From: Eledone cirrhosa
Lineage: Eukaryota
Length of the DNA: 64,000 bases
Reading direction: 5' to 3'
Assembly: GCA_964016885.1 (NCBI GenBank)
Contig: OZ024741.1
Coordinates: 175,956,001-176,020,000, forward strand
In this document: positions 1-14,950 of the stretch, one piece after another
Layout: each line of letters begins with the position of its first letter
How positions within the stretch are numbered: the stretch's first letter is position 1
The notes under the pieces: generated by a model
Told to the model about the DNA's origin: nothing
The model's database searches: none
The model's input: the letters and a program-made list of their open reading frames with translations, nothing else
Made by a program: the position numbers and the translations under genes

Positions 1-837
1 ATGTTCCTTTTCATGATTATATTGTGCCCAATATAATTAACACACACAAAAAAATATTCCATCGTATTCAATAAGTAGGGGGTCAGTAAAAGCTGCATTG
101 GTGTGAGATTTCAATTTCAGTTAATATTTTTCTTACATCAAATTGGTTTGATCCTGATACACAGAGTAGCAGTGAATTAAATAAAATCCAGTGTATTGCT
201 GTTAGATAATTCATATGCCGCAAATTGCAAACTACAGTACATGATTCTGTCAGTATTTGGATCAAGGTAAATAAACTTAAATAAATTAGAAGTATAAGAG
301 ATCTTATGATGTTCAGTATCTGTGTACATTAATTGATTCTTCTTTGAGTGCAGGCACAGTTAAGAAATCTGCTTCGAGAATACTCCTACCCAATCTCAAA
401 GTGTAGCAACTTGAACAAGTGTCCTCTTAAATAGTGACAGTTTAGCGAAAGTATTGCGAATAAAATTTTGTCATTCCGATTGGCAAGTAACTCGAAGTGA
501 ATACTTCTGTTTTCGAGTGCTAACCAATCAGGCACCATTATATGTGTTTTAGTGAAGTGCACTCGATATATTTAATCCAATACCACACCGTCTCTGTCAA
601 TTCTCCGCATTTAATATATGCACACCGATAGGAAAAACAGGCCTTAACGCTTCCAGATCTATTGTCCCTCTCAATATTTAGATGGCTGTAAATGATCATT
701 ACTGAGAAAGATTATTTTATATATTTTACTCTTCAGATTTGGAGGTAGATTGGATCCGCCAGACGTAAAATACACAAGTGTAATTGGGACGGCGACTCCA
801 TTACGAATCAATGGCGCTAACCGATCCTTTTTATGCG

Positions 838-938
<101 letters not shown>

Positions 939-1100
939 AAACATTCTGATTAGAAAAAAGGATAAGTATTGGCGTAAATGGGACACAAACCCACATCTTT
1001 AGTTTGCCGGAAAAATGTGTACCATTACACCAAGACGCCACCTAAGCTTCCTTCCACCCAACTGGAAGCTACATAACCATAGCTGGTATATATGTATATA

Positions 1101-1565
1101 TCGCATTGCTCTAGGTTGGGCAGCTTTCAATAAGAACAAGGAACTTCTAACATCAAAACGAGTTTCCTATCATTTGAAGGCTAAGATCTTTGATACTTAC
1201 ATCCTACCAGTTGTGTTATATGGTCTTGACTGTGTTAATTGGACAACACGGTCACTTCAGAAGCTCTCTACATTCCAGAACCACATCATGAGACTTATGA
1301 CTGGCAAGGGTTTCAACGACCGTATCTGTATCAGTGAGCTGCTCAACATTACTAAACTTAGACCAATTACATAAATTATCAAGTCAAGAGTACTCAAACT
1401 ATATAGTTATATGAACAGATCAACTCGTGGTGTGAGTAGTAGGTTATGCCTGGAAGGAAGGTTGTCTGGTAAGAGAAGCAGAGGACGGGAGCCAAAACGA
1501 TGGCTTGATAATGCTAGGCTTATGGAGTGGGCTTGATCTTTGTGGAGTTTAGCGTCAAAGTAGAT
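1101..1565 (+). pseudogene. RTE-clade LINE, C-terminal RT fragment
   Basis: RIALGWAAF..KAKIFDTYILPVVLYGLDCVNW..LEGRLSGKRSRGREPKRWLD, typical RTE post-RT region; in-frame stops. Confidence 0.85.
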
Positions 1566-1625
1566 ATGTATATAAATAGGGAGACACAAAACAGGCTTTG
1601 TTCAGAAACGGCCAGCGAATTTGAA

Positions 1626-1758
1626 AATTAGGTAGTAACATGTGCTCACGCCGTCAATACTCATCCTTTTTTCCATTCAGAGGGTTTTTTTGGAGTCCCA
1701 GCTCACAGACTGATTCTATTTAGTCAAATGCGGCATGAGCACATGTTACTACTTAATA
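1626..1758. repeat. Short inverted-repeat element next to (TA)n
   Basis: gtagtaacatgtgctcacgccg (~1632) versus cggcatgagcacatgttactac (~1731). Confidence 0.6.
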
Positions 1759-1974
1759 TATGTATATATATATATGTGTGTGTGTGTGTGTATGTGTGTA
1801 CGCGCGCGCGTTTGTGTGTGTGTGTGAATAAGGTATGTATAAGTATATATATATAATGCATGTATGGTCTCGTAATTAATGATGGAGTCGTAGTGTCACC
1901 GCATTGACATACGGCGTTTTTTGGAGAGTTTAAGCCTGGCGGAGCCCATCTCCCAGAGAAAGATAGAAAGTGAC

Positions 1975-2115
1975 AGTGGTACTCTTTTATCGACCTTGAA
2001 AGGATGAAACGCAAAGTCGACCTCGGTAGGATATGAAATCAAAAAGCAGAGAGCCGGAATTAATATCATAAAGCATTCAATCCGACTTACTAACGATTTT
2101 GACAATTCACCGCCT
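1975..2115 (-). mobile_element. Degenerate tRNA-SINE family A
   Basis: Reverse complement of the core actttgcctttcatcct..gtcgataaaa..gtacca found in >15 copies in the window. Confidence 0.7.
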
Positions 2116-2134
2116 ATATGCACACACACACACA

Positions 2135-2189
<55 letters not shown>

Positions 2190-2201
2190 CACACACATGT
2201 G

Positions 2202-2252
<51 letters not shown>

Positions 2253-2254
<2 letters not shown>

Positions 2255-2858
2255 TGGCTGCCAACTCGTTTTCGAGTACGGCCACTACTTTATATCCATG
2301 TAGGAGAACCCCTACCGATGCGCTGAACGAGTGTGACTTTTTAATCCAGCCAGCGACTTGAACACTCTGGTACAAACACTGCACTTGTGACAATTATTGG
2401 CACATAGTGCTGGGCCCATGGTACCATGTGACGACAAGTGCAGAGAGATCTCCAGATATAAAGCAATGCCTGTGCCGTGAAGCTTTTATAGTGAGCAAAG
2501 GCACTGCACAAAGCCAGTCCCACTCTCTTAACCAAGATGATATTTACCAAAAAGAAGAACAAGTCAACATCATTGGATACCATCAAGGTTGCAGGTGTTA
2601 TATCAGAGTTTTCCTTCTTCTAGAATTCTGCCTTGACAAAGGCTAAGGGTCATCTCTCCCGGTGATTTTGGATGGCCATTGACTCTTAAGAGCTCCTTTG
2701 CCCTTTGACAGGTTTTGTTTTTAGTCCTGCAGGGTGTCCAAAGTCACCCTCCTCACCAAGAAACCTTGGTGGGGTTGACAGTTTAGTCGCCAACGACCCG
2801 ACCATGAGACAGGTTGTACTGGGATACATGTTACCAGTAGCACCAACTGGTGACCTGA
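2253..2858 (-). mobile_element. Non-autonomous bipartite RTE-derived element, type 1
   Basis: Near-identical to 28109-28717; RTE-like 5' UTR motif gaaggaaaactctga joined to 3' C2H2 remnant CSVCTRVFKSLAGLKSHTRSAHR*; flanked by (TA)n and (TACA)n. Confidence 0.8.
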
Positions 2859-3288
2859 CATATATATATACATACATACATACATACATACATACATACA
2901 TACATACATACATACATACATACATACATTACACATACATACATACATAAATGTATATATAGCGGCGATGTATTTGTTTTCCAAAGTTTTTGTCATGAAA
3001 TCGTGTGTTGAAACAGCTGTTGTTATATTTGGGGGCGGTCATGTTATAATATTGCCAAACATTAATAAAACCCATATATTGTTTGGTTTGGTTTGGATTT
3101 CGTTTCAGAATACACGTGACCCGTTGGGTGATGTTCACTTAAAAATAGTTTTCAAATAATTAAAATATACACAAACATGTATATAATGTAAAATGAGATT
3201 GGAAGGCCCCTATGAGTGTATTTATGTGTGTGTATGTGTGTATGCGTGTGGGAGTATGCATACAAATATATATATATATGTGGGTGTG

Positions 3289-3330
<42 letters not shown>

Positions 3331-3349
3331 TATATATATATATATATAT

Positions 3350-3980
3350 GGAAAAGAATGAAACGAACTTTCATTTCTCACTCTTAGTACGGCTGATACC
3401 TAAATATAAGTATGTATACGTACATACATATATGTGCACAGACTACAGTAGTATGTATATATATACATACATGCACACATATATATATGTACGTATGGGT
3501 TTACCGAACATTTATTATAATGTTTGGTTTGTTTGCAAACAAACAGCCCGAATTACGCCGTACTGTGCTCAGCAAACATTGTCGCCTTTTTCTTCCACAC
3601 TGGCGCAGGAACGATGTACTTGTTTCAAGCATATTAGCTATCGTCAGCATCATATACCTTTCTGTCAGATGATTGAAAGTTTGAAAGTATATACTTTCCT
3701 TATGCATATTAACGGGTGAGCAGCCTAATTTGCATATCGAGTGAGTTAGTCGGGCGGGCGCACCGAAAACGATAAATGGAAAAGAATGAAACGAAATTTC
3801 ATTTCTCACTCTTAGTACAGCTGATACCTAAGTATGTATACGTCCATACAAATATGTGTACAGACCTACAGTAGTATGTATATATATACATACATGCGCA
3901 TACATATATATATATATGTACGTATGGTTTTACCGAACATTTTTTATAATGTTCGGTTTATTTGTAAACAAACAGCCCGA
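3350..3980 (-). mobile_element. Retrozyme-like or non-autonomous PLE unit (428 nt period, ~1.5 copies)
   Basis: 3350-3550 repeated at 3778-3980; (TA)n on both sides; internal hammerhead. Confidence 0.75.
3612..3652 (-). ncRNA. Minimal type I hammerhead ribozyme
   Basis: tgatg CTGACGA t agc taatat gct t GAAA caag TA catcg: stems I, II and III pair, GUA triplet. Confidence 0.75.
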
Positions 3981-4052
3981 TATATATATATATGACTAAT
4001 GCTGTATACGATTCTTTGAAGTCACCTGTCATGATTTCATTCAACGATACCA

Positions 4053-4137
<85 letters not shown>

Positions 4138-4204
4138 CTCTCCCTCTCTCTCTCTATGTCTCACTTTGAATATACTCCCTCAAAACCACTATCTCTTTCT
4201 CTCT

Positions 4205-5400
4205 CTCTATTTATGAAGGTGCCCAGAAAAAACCCGTACTTCGGGAACCCGTGCGCATATTTACGCGAAACTTGTTTTATTCGATTTGTATTCCCATTTC
4301 GGGGGAATTGTTTGAGAGACTGAGGTATGTAGTGAGGGGGGAGTGAATCTGGTGGTCTAGTGAGCGAGGGGTAATTGTTAGAGACAGTGAGATAGAGATA
4401 GGGAGAGAGAGAGTGAGAGAGTTTGTTGGTTCAATGAGAAAAGGGAAATTAAAAAAGTGAGAGAGAGTGAAGTATATAGGGGTATATAGAGAGGGTGAGA
4501 GAATTTGGTGGCTGAAAGAGAGAGGGAGAATTGTGAGAGAATGTGTGGTATGTAGTGGTATGGAGTGAGGTGGAGAGTGGGTGAATTGTGAGAGAGGGAG
4601 AGGCGGGAGGGAATATGTTGGTTTTTGTGAGACAGAGCGCATTGTGAGAGTGAGAGTGAGAGTGAGAGAGAATGCGGTATGTAGTGGAATATAGAGCGTG
4701 GGGGAGAGTTTGTTGCTCAGAATGCAAGAGAGTGAGATATGTAGTTGAATATAGAAGGGGGGGATTGTTGGTCTAGTGAGAGAGGGGGAATTGCTGGTCT
4801 AGTGAGAGAGTAAAAGAGAGTGAGGTGTGTAGTGGGATAGAGAGAGTGTGAGAGAGTTTGGAGAAACATTGGTGGTGTAGTAAGTGACGGGTAATTGTGA
4901 AAGCGATAGTGAATGAAACATTTAATGGGATATAGCGAGGGGAGTGGGCGGTTGGTGGGCTAGTGAGAGAGTGGAAGTTACAAGAGTTAGAGAGAGTGAG
5001 GTATGTACTGGTACATACAGAGGATAGAGAGTGTGGTGATCTAGTGTGAGAGAGGATATAGAGGGTATCAGAGAGTTCAGTTATTTAGTGAGAGAGGTTG
5101 AATTGTCAGAATGATAGAGAGTGAGGTATGTAGTGGTATATAGAGAGGGGGATTCTTTTTGTGGTTTAACGAGAGACGGGAAATCGTTAGAGCGAGAGAA
5201 AGACAGGTGTGTAGTAGGATAGAGAGAGAGGAAGAGAATTTTGTGGTTTAGTGAGAGAGCGGGAATTGCGAGACTGAGTGAGATATGTTATCGGATATAG
5301 AGAGGGGGAGAGAGTTTCGTGGTTTAGTCAGAGAGGAAAAATGTTGGTCTGGTGAGAGAGAGTGAGAAAGGTATAATTTTTTAGTGAGAGAAAGTGAGAT
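4205..5400 (+). repeat. Helitron-like 5' segment followed by a degenerate purine-rich minisatellite
   Basis: 4205-4310 homologous to 9563-9665; then recurring gagagagtgaggtatgtagtgg..ggtctagtgagagag units. Confidence 0.55.
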
Positions 5401-5514
5401 TATAATTGTAGGAGGCAAGAACATTTTTTGATATTGGGTTTCACATTAAAGTGGGTGTGTATATGAGTGTGTTTGATTATATGTATATATATGTGTGCTT
5501 ATACGTACATACAC

Positions 5515-6361
<847 letters not shown>

Positions 6362-6363
6362 AA

Positions 6364-6740
6364 GGCGCATGGCTTAGTGGTTAAAGCAGTAGGCTTGCAA
6401 TCAAAAGGTTGTGAGTTCAATTCACGGACCTGGTGATGTGTTGTTTCCTTGAGCCCCAGTTTACTCAGCTGACAATGAGTACCAGCAATAGCTGGAGGTT
6501 TAACCCCGACTGGCGTTCTGTCCAAGGGGTAGTCTTGTACTCTCAGTCGCTTCACGCCATGAAACCGGGATAAGCACCGGCCAAATGAGTCTTCTGGCTT
6601 AAGACAGACTCTTTAGACTTGCGGTCTGCCCGCCCAGCATGTGGGATGGCGTCATCGTATGGCTAAAACAGCACGTGCTGCGACCAGCGGCGCCGAATGG
6701 CGCCCGATGAACTGGTCGGTCAGAGTGATCAAGGTGATAT
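6364..6740 (+). mobile_element. tRNA-derived SINE family B
   Basis: A box tggcttagtggt, B box gagttcaattc, then gtttccttgagc..cagtttactc body. Confidence 0.75.
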
Positions 6741-6791
6741 ATATATATATACGATATTAACAAATGGAAACTATATTTATAAAACCATATT

Positions 6792-6856
6792 TATTTCATT
6801 ATACATATTTCAAGGACACCAAGTTAAATTATGGTGTCCTTTCATCAGACAAAATA
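6792..6856 (-). ncRNA. Type I hammerhead at the PLE 3' end
   Basis: tattttgt CTGATGA aaggacacca..tggtgtcctt GAAA tatgta TA atgaaata: perfect 10-bp stem II. Confidence 0.75.
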
Positions 6857-8791
6857 TAATATAGATCAGTTATATAAATAAATATTGACGTACCCTTAAA
6901 GAATGCAACCATTACTGTTGTAAGCTCCCGGATAGTGGAGTTGTTTACTTATATTATTATTAGTATTGGATATTTTTATTTTTAAAATAATCCGTTGGGT
7001 TACAGAGAAAGAAAAAGAAGGAGAGAGAGACAAAGAGAGAAAGAGAAAAAAGAAAGAGAGAAAGATATATAGAGAGAGAGGAGACAGAGAGAAGGGGAGA
7101 GAACGAAAACTATTTGTCATATCTTGTTGAGTTAACTTAACAATTGAGATGAAATGAATAAATAAAATTAGAAATGTTAATAATAATGAATGGAATATAC
7201 ATATATAATATGAGAAATTAATCATTGTTTAAATATGATTAGATGTTTAGTTAATCATTTAAAAATTGAGATCAATATATTAAAAATTGGGATCTATACA
7301 TTAAGAAATACATATATTGCTAGAGAACTACATTTCATATAACACGGAAAAATAAATATAAATATATATACACACGTATAAAATACATACCATATCTAAC
7401 TACGTATATAATATATACACACAAAGCATAAAGGATTCTTTAATTTAATTTAAGATATAGGAATCTTTAAAATGTTATCATTGTTAAGATATTAAAGGAA
7501 ATGTTATGCTATACACACTTTATGTTATTAAATAAAATGTTTTATATAAGTTTTATAAGTTTACCTGTTATGTATTTATGGCTGTTATTATATGTCTATC
7601 TGTCAGGAATCATTGGAATAATCACTATACATAAGTGCAATCAAATAGCATGGATATACACGCACATGCATATACATAATTCTCACATATACATATATAT
7701 ACATGTCTGTGTACCCTCAGCCAATAGGTAGATACGCATCACGCATACATATACATACAGACAGACATACATTCATAAAAACGCATAGAACATATGTACA
7801 TGTATGTCAATACACACATATACATATATACTCACATATAGAGAGAAGTATATATCAATACAGTACATAGTATAATTGAGTACATAAAATGCAAAAGGAT
7901 TATATTATAATTTGGAAATATAATTATAAGCAATATAACTTTAAAAGCAATACAATTTAAAAATATTATAGAATATTTTAAGTTATAATTTCAAAATAAT
8001 AGTATGTTTAATAGATTTAGTATAGAAATTTATCTTACGTATATTTAACTCAAAGTTTTGAAAGGATAAACTTTCGAAAATAGGAGAAGCTATCAGAACA
8101 ATAAGAAAACAATAAAAAAACAATAAAAAAACAATAACAAATAAATAGGAAATATTTTCTCCTTTCAATAGCTCTCAATATATTTCTCTAGAATAGTTTA
8201 TTATATTTATATTTATTTATATTTAGGAAGAAAAGTTATTTATACTTGAGTGTATAATCAGTCAAAAAAGATGAAGGAATTTAATGATTTATCGACAGGT
8301 TTCATATATTAATAAAATTAATTAATTAATTATATACTACATTTTATATTTATATTTATATTTAAAGGTTGAGTTTAATCTATGTCTGCAGCAACTGAAT
8401 AAATTATTCCTTAAGTTCAGGGAATTTTTGGTCTTTAATATAAAGAATATTTCCTCTAACAAAGATCGCAATTTTCTGAAAAGGAGTTAAAAGGAGTAGC
8501 TTCTGAAATAATATTCCAAATCAACGAATATTCAACGTTCTTTAGTTTTATGTCCCATAATAGGCTAGATAGAGAATTTGAAGATTTTTTGTTTGGATCT
8601 GTAAAATAATTTTTATGATTATTGAAGCGGGATTTAAACTCTGTGGAAGTAGATCCCACATAATTAAATGAATTTAAATTAGTTTTTACATTACAATTAT
8701 ATACTACATTTTTAGCTAATCAATTGTTATTTAACGGACAATTAGATTTATTTCTACAGTTACATTTATCAGATTGAATATTGCTTGGGTT

Positions 8792-8930
8792 ATTACGGCC
8801 CTTGCCATTCTGAGTTCAAATCCCGCCCAGGTTAACTTTGCCTTTCATCCTTACGGGGTCGATAAAATAAAGTACAAGTAATACTGTGGGTAATTGCTGG
8901 CCTTGTGCCTACCGTAGAAACAGTTATTAT
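8792..8930 (+). mobile_element. tRNA-SINE family A inserted in the PLE ORF
   Basis: gagttcaaatcccgcccaggttaactttgcctttcatccttacggggtcgataaaataaagtac. Confidence 0.85.
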
Positions 8931-9490
8931 TGGTATTTTGGTTAGGTTTTAAATTTCATTCTATTAATATTTTGCGCTAAATTTTTGGTGGAAGAATAAG
9001 TTAATTTTATAGTATGTCTATTAAAAATTGAGTAATATCTATGTGTTCTAGGGAAGAATTTGTCAAGAGCTTTAAAACATAGTTTAGCAATAGGGGTTTT
9101 AATATTTAATGAGAAAGGATGAGCGAACCATAATATGTTCCTAGTTCTATTTCTTTTTCGGCTTTCGGAATTAATGTAAGGTTTTCTATTATAGTTAAAA
9201 TTGTTACCATAGTTAAAATTGTTACGATTATGGAGAGGTTTCGGTAGGTGGCGAGTTCATGAGTTCTTCACTCTTTCAATATATATATATATATATATAT
9301 GTCTCTGTGTGTATATATATATATATATATTTATATGTGTGTATGCGTGCATGTGCCTGTGTGCTAGTATATATGTGTGCGTGTGTATGTGTGTTTGTTT
9401 GTATATATATGTGTTTATATATGTATTTGTTTGTGAAAGTGCGTGGTTAGGGTATTTTCTCTTTCAATCTACTCTCTCACAACCACTATC

Positions 9491-9562
<72 letters not shown>

Positions 9563-9568
<6 letters not shown>

Positions 9569-9746
9569 TTATGAAGGTACCCAGAAAAGACCTGTATTTC
9601 GGGAACCTGCACACTGATTGATGTGAAACATGATTTCCCATCTGTATTCCTGTTTCAGGGGAAACTTCCTATTAAAGTATTCTCTAATTACGCGCCGTTT
9701 TGGCCGCATTTAATTATAGACAGGCACACAATCACAGAGTACTAGT
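9563..9746 (+). mobile_element. Putative short non-autonomous Helitron
   Basis: Starts tctatttatgaa, ends ctag|t; 5' part shared with 4205-4310; 3' hairpin not clear. Confidence 0.4.
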
Positions 9747-10049
9747 AATATATAGATAGATAACTAAATAATTTAGCTGGCAATCAATGTTTATCATTGA
9801 TTGACCAATAGTTAAAATTTCTCAAAGTCCTTTTGTCACATATATTCAGTAATTATCGTTGAGCAAATTATTCATAAAAATATATAAATATAATGAAGAT
9901 AAAACCAGACCAAACAGTGAGGATGTTTTATTATATATTGGCAATATTTGGACAACATGACCCACCCCAAATATAACATTATATATATATTTATATAGAA
10001 TAACTACTTATATCAAAGTCTAATATTTGTTTCAAGCCCGGGGCCTCAT

Positions 10050-10495
10050 TAGGCCAGTATTTATGGCTGGTTTAAGCGACCCTGAGTACAATACTACCCC
10101 CTGGGAATGATGCTGGTCCATCGCAGTCTTAAATGCCCTAGCTTCTGCTGCTACTCATTTTCAGGTGAGCTTAAGTGTTTTGCTGATGAACACAACCTAC
10201 AGCCCGGTCCAGGAATCGAACCCAAGATAATACGGTCGTAGCCCAATATCCTGACGACTATGCCACGCATACATTCGCATAGATATTGATTGATAATTTA
10301 GGCAAAACTTTAGCAAATTTGGCAGAAGGAGGGGGTTGACTTAATCAACCCCAGTATTTGAATAATACTTTATATTATCCTCGGAAGCATGAAAGCCAAA
10401 TATAACTTTGGTGGGATTTAAATTCAGAATGTAAAGAGTCAGAACAAATGTAACAATTACATTTTATTCTGTGCTCTACTAATTATGCCAATATT
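10050..10495 (-). mobile_element. Two adjacent degenerate tRNA-SINEs (family B then family A)
   Basis: ccggtccaggaatcgaaccc (reverse B box) at ~10205; gaaagccaaa..gggatttaaattcagaat at ~10390. Confidence 0.6.
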
Positions 10496-11049
10496 CTCCT
10501 TTTATATACATAATTATGAACAGCACAGTGTTTACGACAAAGTGGTAGAGATATTATTGTGGGCATAACTGCAATGTTTAAGCCAGGACTTGAACATTCA
10601 AACAAATGGGCTAACATTTACCCAATTATCTTCGAGAATCTCGTCTATATTTCAATATAGCTTTCTCTCCCACTTGGTCATTTCAAATTCATTCGTCAAT
10701 TTTCTTCCACCTAATATATTGTGCCTACCTCTACTCGGGCTCTACACTAAATACTACTCACAGTTTTGCCTGCCTAGAACGTTTACTCTCTAAATATAGT
10801 TTCGTCTGCGTCTATTTTCTGCATTTGTTGATTTGTAAATGTTAAGCACGTCAATCACACACGTCTTGCAAGCCTGCTAAGGCCATGGGTTATTCCTCTT
10901 TCCTCAAGATCAATTCTATAAAATAGAATTTTTAGCAAAAAAAAATATTTATATATATTTATATATTTATATATACATGTGTGTGGGTGTGCGTGTGATT
11001 ATGTGTGTATTCGTCCTTATATTCATTATAGAATCTTTATGAAAAAATC

Positions 11050-11088
<39 letters not shown>

Positions 11089-11579
11089 ATATACAACATA
11101 AAACAACAGTAAAATTATCATGAAATGTTTGAAAATGGCAATAAAATCTAAGAGACTTGGAATGTTTTGAGGAATGATTTAATATAAAATAAATGTAAAG
11201 ATAATAAAACGAAACAATAAACTAGAATATTTAACAGAAATAAATAAAACCTAAAACGTAGCTTATTCTGTATTAGGATCGAAAGATATATTGAAAAGTT
11301 CTTACGACAATAATGTCAAGGAATTTTCTTTTTACTTTCATTTGGTCTTTGCGTATATATTTATTTTCCCTATTATTTTTGGTGTATTTTATTTCTGTGA
11401 TTTTTGATGGAATAATATTTTGACTGGTTCAAGTACCATGCAATATTGTCGTGCAAGAATAGCTGTCAGTTGCAGATGATATTTCCTCCCAAGCTAAAGA
11501 TAGGCCCCGCATTGGTAATCATATCACAGCAATACGTTCATCAATAGATATCGCTAATGTCTAGTTCTCTAGACGCTTT

Positions 11580-11611
<32 letters not shown>

Positions 11612-11757
11612 TTTTTCTTTCTTTCTTTCTTTCTTTATTCATTTATTTATTTATTTCTTTCGCTCTTTCTACTCCTCCTTTATGTTTTACGAAGGTATAT
11701 TTATATATTTTCTAAGTTTTCATTCATTCAGAAAGAGAAAAGCTGGGACAGAGAATA

Positions 11758-11814
<57 letters not shown>

Positions 11815-13250
11815 TTGGTAATCACACTTTTTGGTAATGGTGCTGCTTGGAATACAGGAGTCGAGGTCTCATCAGGTAATGAAATAGGTAATTTCGCCCC
11901 TTCCACCGCGACACGGGGTGACCCACCAAATTAAGCAACGAAACTCCTGAACAAGAGTATATTCGTAGGTGAGTCTGATGTTGTGAATCCGAGTAAGACG
12001 CCTCCATCCACCTCAATGTTTCAGGCGCTCCATTCATATTGTTTTTTTCAGATGTAGTTGAGAAAGCAAGTCACTACATTCTGCTTGATGTATTTACTTG
12101 CTTTCTCAGCTGCATCTCATAATGCCCTAGGGTAGCGAATGAACTCTGGTTCCCACAATTCCTCTATAGCCAAATAAGGTGACTACCATATGTTGGTTTC
12201 AGAGAGTTCAACTAGCTCATTGTACATCCAGGCTTTCCCGTTTAATGCATCATCAGTGTTTGACTTTCAAGACACAGAAAGCTCCACGAACAACACCCTC
12301 CCCTTTCATTTGGACCATATGACCTGGTCAGGCGTCTGTTGGTGGTGAAGAACAGCTCGTCCAAATTAATGGAGAGCTCCCACGTTTCCCGTTTTGTCTT
12401 CTTCATTCAGTCTTCTTTCTTACAGTGCTTGGCTTGCAGTGTTCTTTTTCTCAAAACTTACTTCTGCGTTTCTCCCCTACTTGTTGTTTCTCTCCGCTGT
12501 TCATCCTCTTCATTCTCTATCCAAGCTGCTAGCAATCTAAGTACATGATTATACCAACATATGTGTCATTTTTAAGCCCTACAAACCTTCCATATTTTCA
12601 TAGGCCCCTTTCTTCTATTTTCCAACGTTTTAGATTTGTGGAACCAGAAAGCATGTCGTAGACGGAGCGTACAAGACAACTGGTTCTGGCTGGCCCTCAT
12701 GATAAAATTCCTACCATTCGAACTTCCCCTGAAGCACAAACTCGCCCCAAGACACCCTTTGCGCCGAGGACGCATAACAACTTCTCACTTCCTCTCTTTT
12801 TTTTTTCATGGTTGACTACTGCGATTCTTCGTTCTTTGAAATTCGTGCCGTAGTATGGTCTAAACTGGAAATTTCAGGCTTTTTCTATTGCTCTCTGTGA
12901 AACCTTCTATATCTTTATATTCGAGAGAGTCCATGAATTACTTCGTCGCCTTCGATGCCATTCGTTTTCTTCCAGTCATGAGCCCCAGTAAAAAGGTACA
13001 AATTGTAGTTTCAAGGAACAATAAGAGTACTGACCATCTCAATAGACTGAAGTGGTCCATTCTACCAGAAGGCTTTATCGTTAGAGGGGTTCTTATTAGC
13101 ATACGAAAAGGATATATTATTCTTATAGTGAACAGCATGTCTCCTCATCGAAGCAGTATGGTGTACAATACTGCACCATAGGTGGATCGATCAACAAGGT
13201 ACATATTTGAATATGACGACTCTAAATTGCCAATATAAATAGAAGCCTGT
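11815..13250 (-). pseudogene. HERO-like RLE non-LTR retrotransposon relic (3' part)
   Basis: Frameshifted segments LVRSVYDMLSGSTNLKRW, HVLRLLAAWIE, (R)PDQVIWSK.KGRVLFVELSV, GKAWMYNELV match the recalled HERO C-terminal pattern. Confidence 0.7.
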
Positions 13251-13439
13251 ATAAACCGTATATAAACTCAATGAGAAGCAAATATCATACATAAGTAAAG
13301 TTTGTAATCAATATACAATCAACATCTCAATGAAAATATTGCTAAAATAAATTTAATTCAGAGAAGCATATATATATATAGAACATCTTATACGAAAATA
13401 CAAAATCGCCAACGAGTAAAGTAGTCTAAGACAAGAAAA

Positions 13440-13870
13440 CTCAACAAGCATCTTACCCCCGCGGTAGAATCTTAGTTAAGCAACCTAGAGATAGAAGGCT
13501 CAGTCAAGTTCCCCATCACTGCAGTTTTTAGGGCGAAGAATTAGATTTATGTTAGCATTTTTTTCATTGAGGTGTTATGTGGCGGAGTTCACAATGGTAG
13601 ATATTAACAGATGTGAAAAATATATTCATTCTCGGCTGCTGCACGAGATATTTAGGTCTGGTTTTTGTTATTGTTACTGGTGCTGATTCTGTTATTATTG
13701 TTGAATTTTGGTTCTTCCAATCTATGGACAGTAGCCATTCCGTTTGGCAGACGCAAAATGTTTGTTCGCCATCTCACATCTTGCTGCAAATTGAAGGGAG
13801 TGTTTGATATAGAAACAGAAGCTTAACCCAGGTGGAGATAAACTATCAAGCTGGTGAAGATATTGGTTAG
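13440..13870 (-). pseudogene. Very degraded R4/Dong-like RLE 3' fragment
   Basis: TKTRPKYLV (compare HNRPDIV) and LKTAVMGNL (compare QKTALLGT). Confidence 0.4.
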
Positions 13871-14471
13871 TTTATACACAAGACAGTAATACATGTTTAA
13901 TACGATAGATTGAATAACTGTGTGAAAGTTGAACGAACTTACGGAGCGATGTATAACCCATCTCGAATAACTCAACAACAAAGATAATAATAACAATAAT
14001 AATAAGCTTTTTTTCTACTTTACATTCTAAAAATTACAAATGGTAAGTGACAAAGGCTGTCAGGAAGATAATGAAAGTACGTAGAGCCACGAAGAGGATT
14101 ACTACAACACATGGACAATTGTAATAGAAATGTGGGAGAGGTCTCAGTTAATTAAATTTCCATGCAAAAGACAATGAGCATATCTGCAAATGAAGACGTT
14201 TAATTCAGATGAAAATTATTATTAAAACGCTAGCATTATAGATACACGACAGCACAGTATTTAACTTAATATGGATAATGGCTATTATTATTGTTGGTGC
14301 ACAGGCGCCTTGACTAATGAGCTAAAGACATGCGTTATGGCAGCAGGTCACAGAGTATGCAGACAAAACTTTGGTAGCAAAAATTCATAAATTTTAGATT
14401 ATTTCTTACCTGTGATAGCAGCTGATCTACGAACGCTGGGGAGGGGAAATAAAGCCATGAATTGGTCGCGG

Positions 14472-14950
<479 letters not shown>

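Larger units (their letters stand above)
6760..9220 (-). mobile_element. 5'-truncated Penelope-like element (linker and GIY-YIG relic 8370-9215, long 3' UTR)
   Basis: RNILWFAHPFSLNIKT..IFNRHTIKLTYSST; VYNCNVK..YVGSTSTEFKSRFNNH..NCDLC..CCRHR; interrupted by a SINE; terminal hammerhead. Confidence 0.85.

Noticed and set aside
650-745. CTGAAGA with stem I and II-like pairing on the minus strand
   Set aside because: GAAA and stem III are missing; too degraded to call.
6364-6435. tRNA-like A and B box sequences
   Set aside because: They continue into SINE bodies and lack a full cloverleaf, so they are SINE heads rather than tRNA genes.
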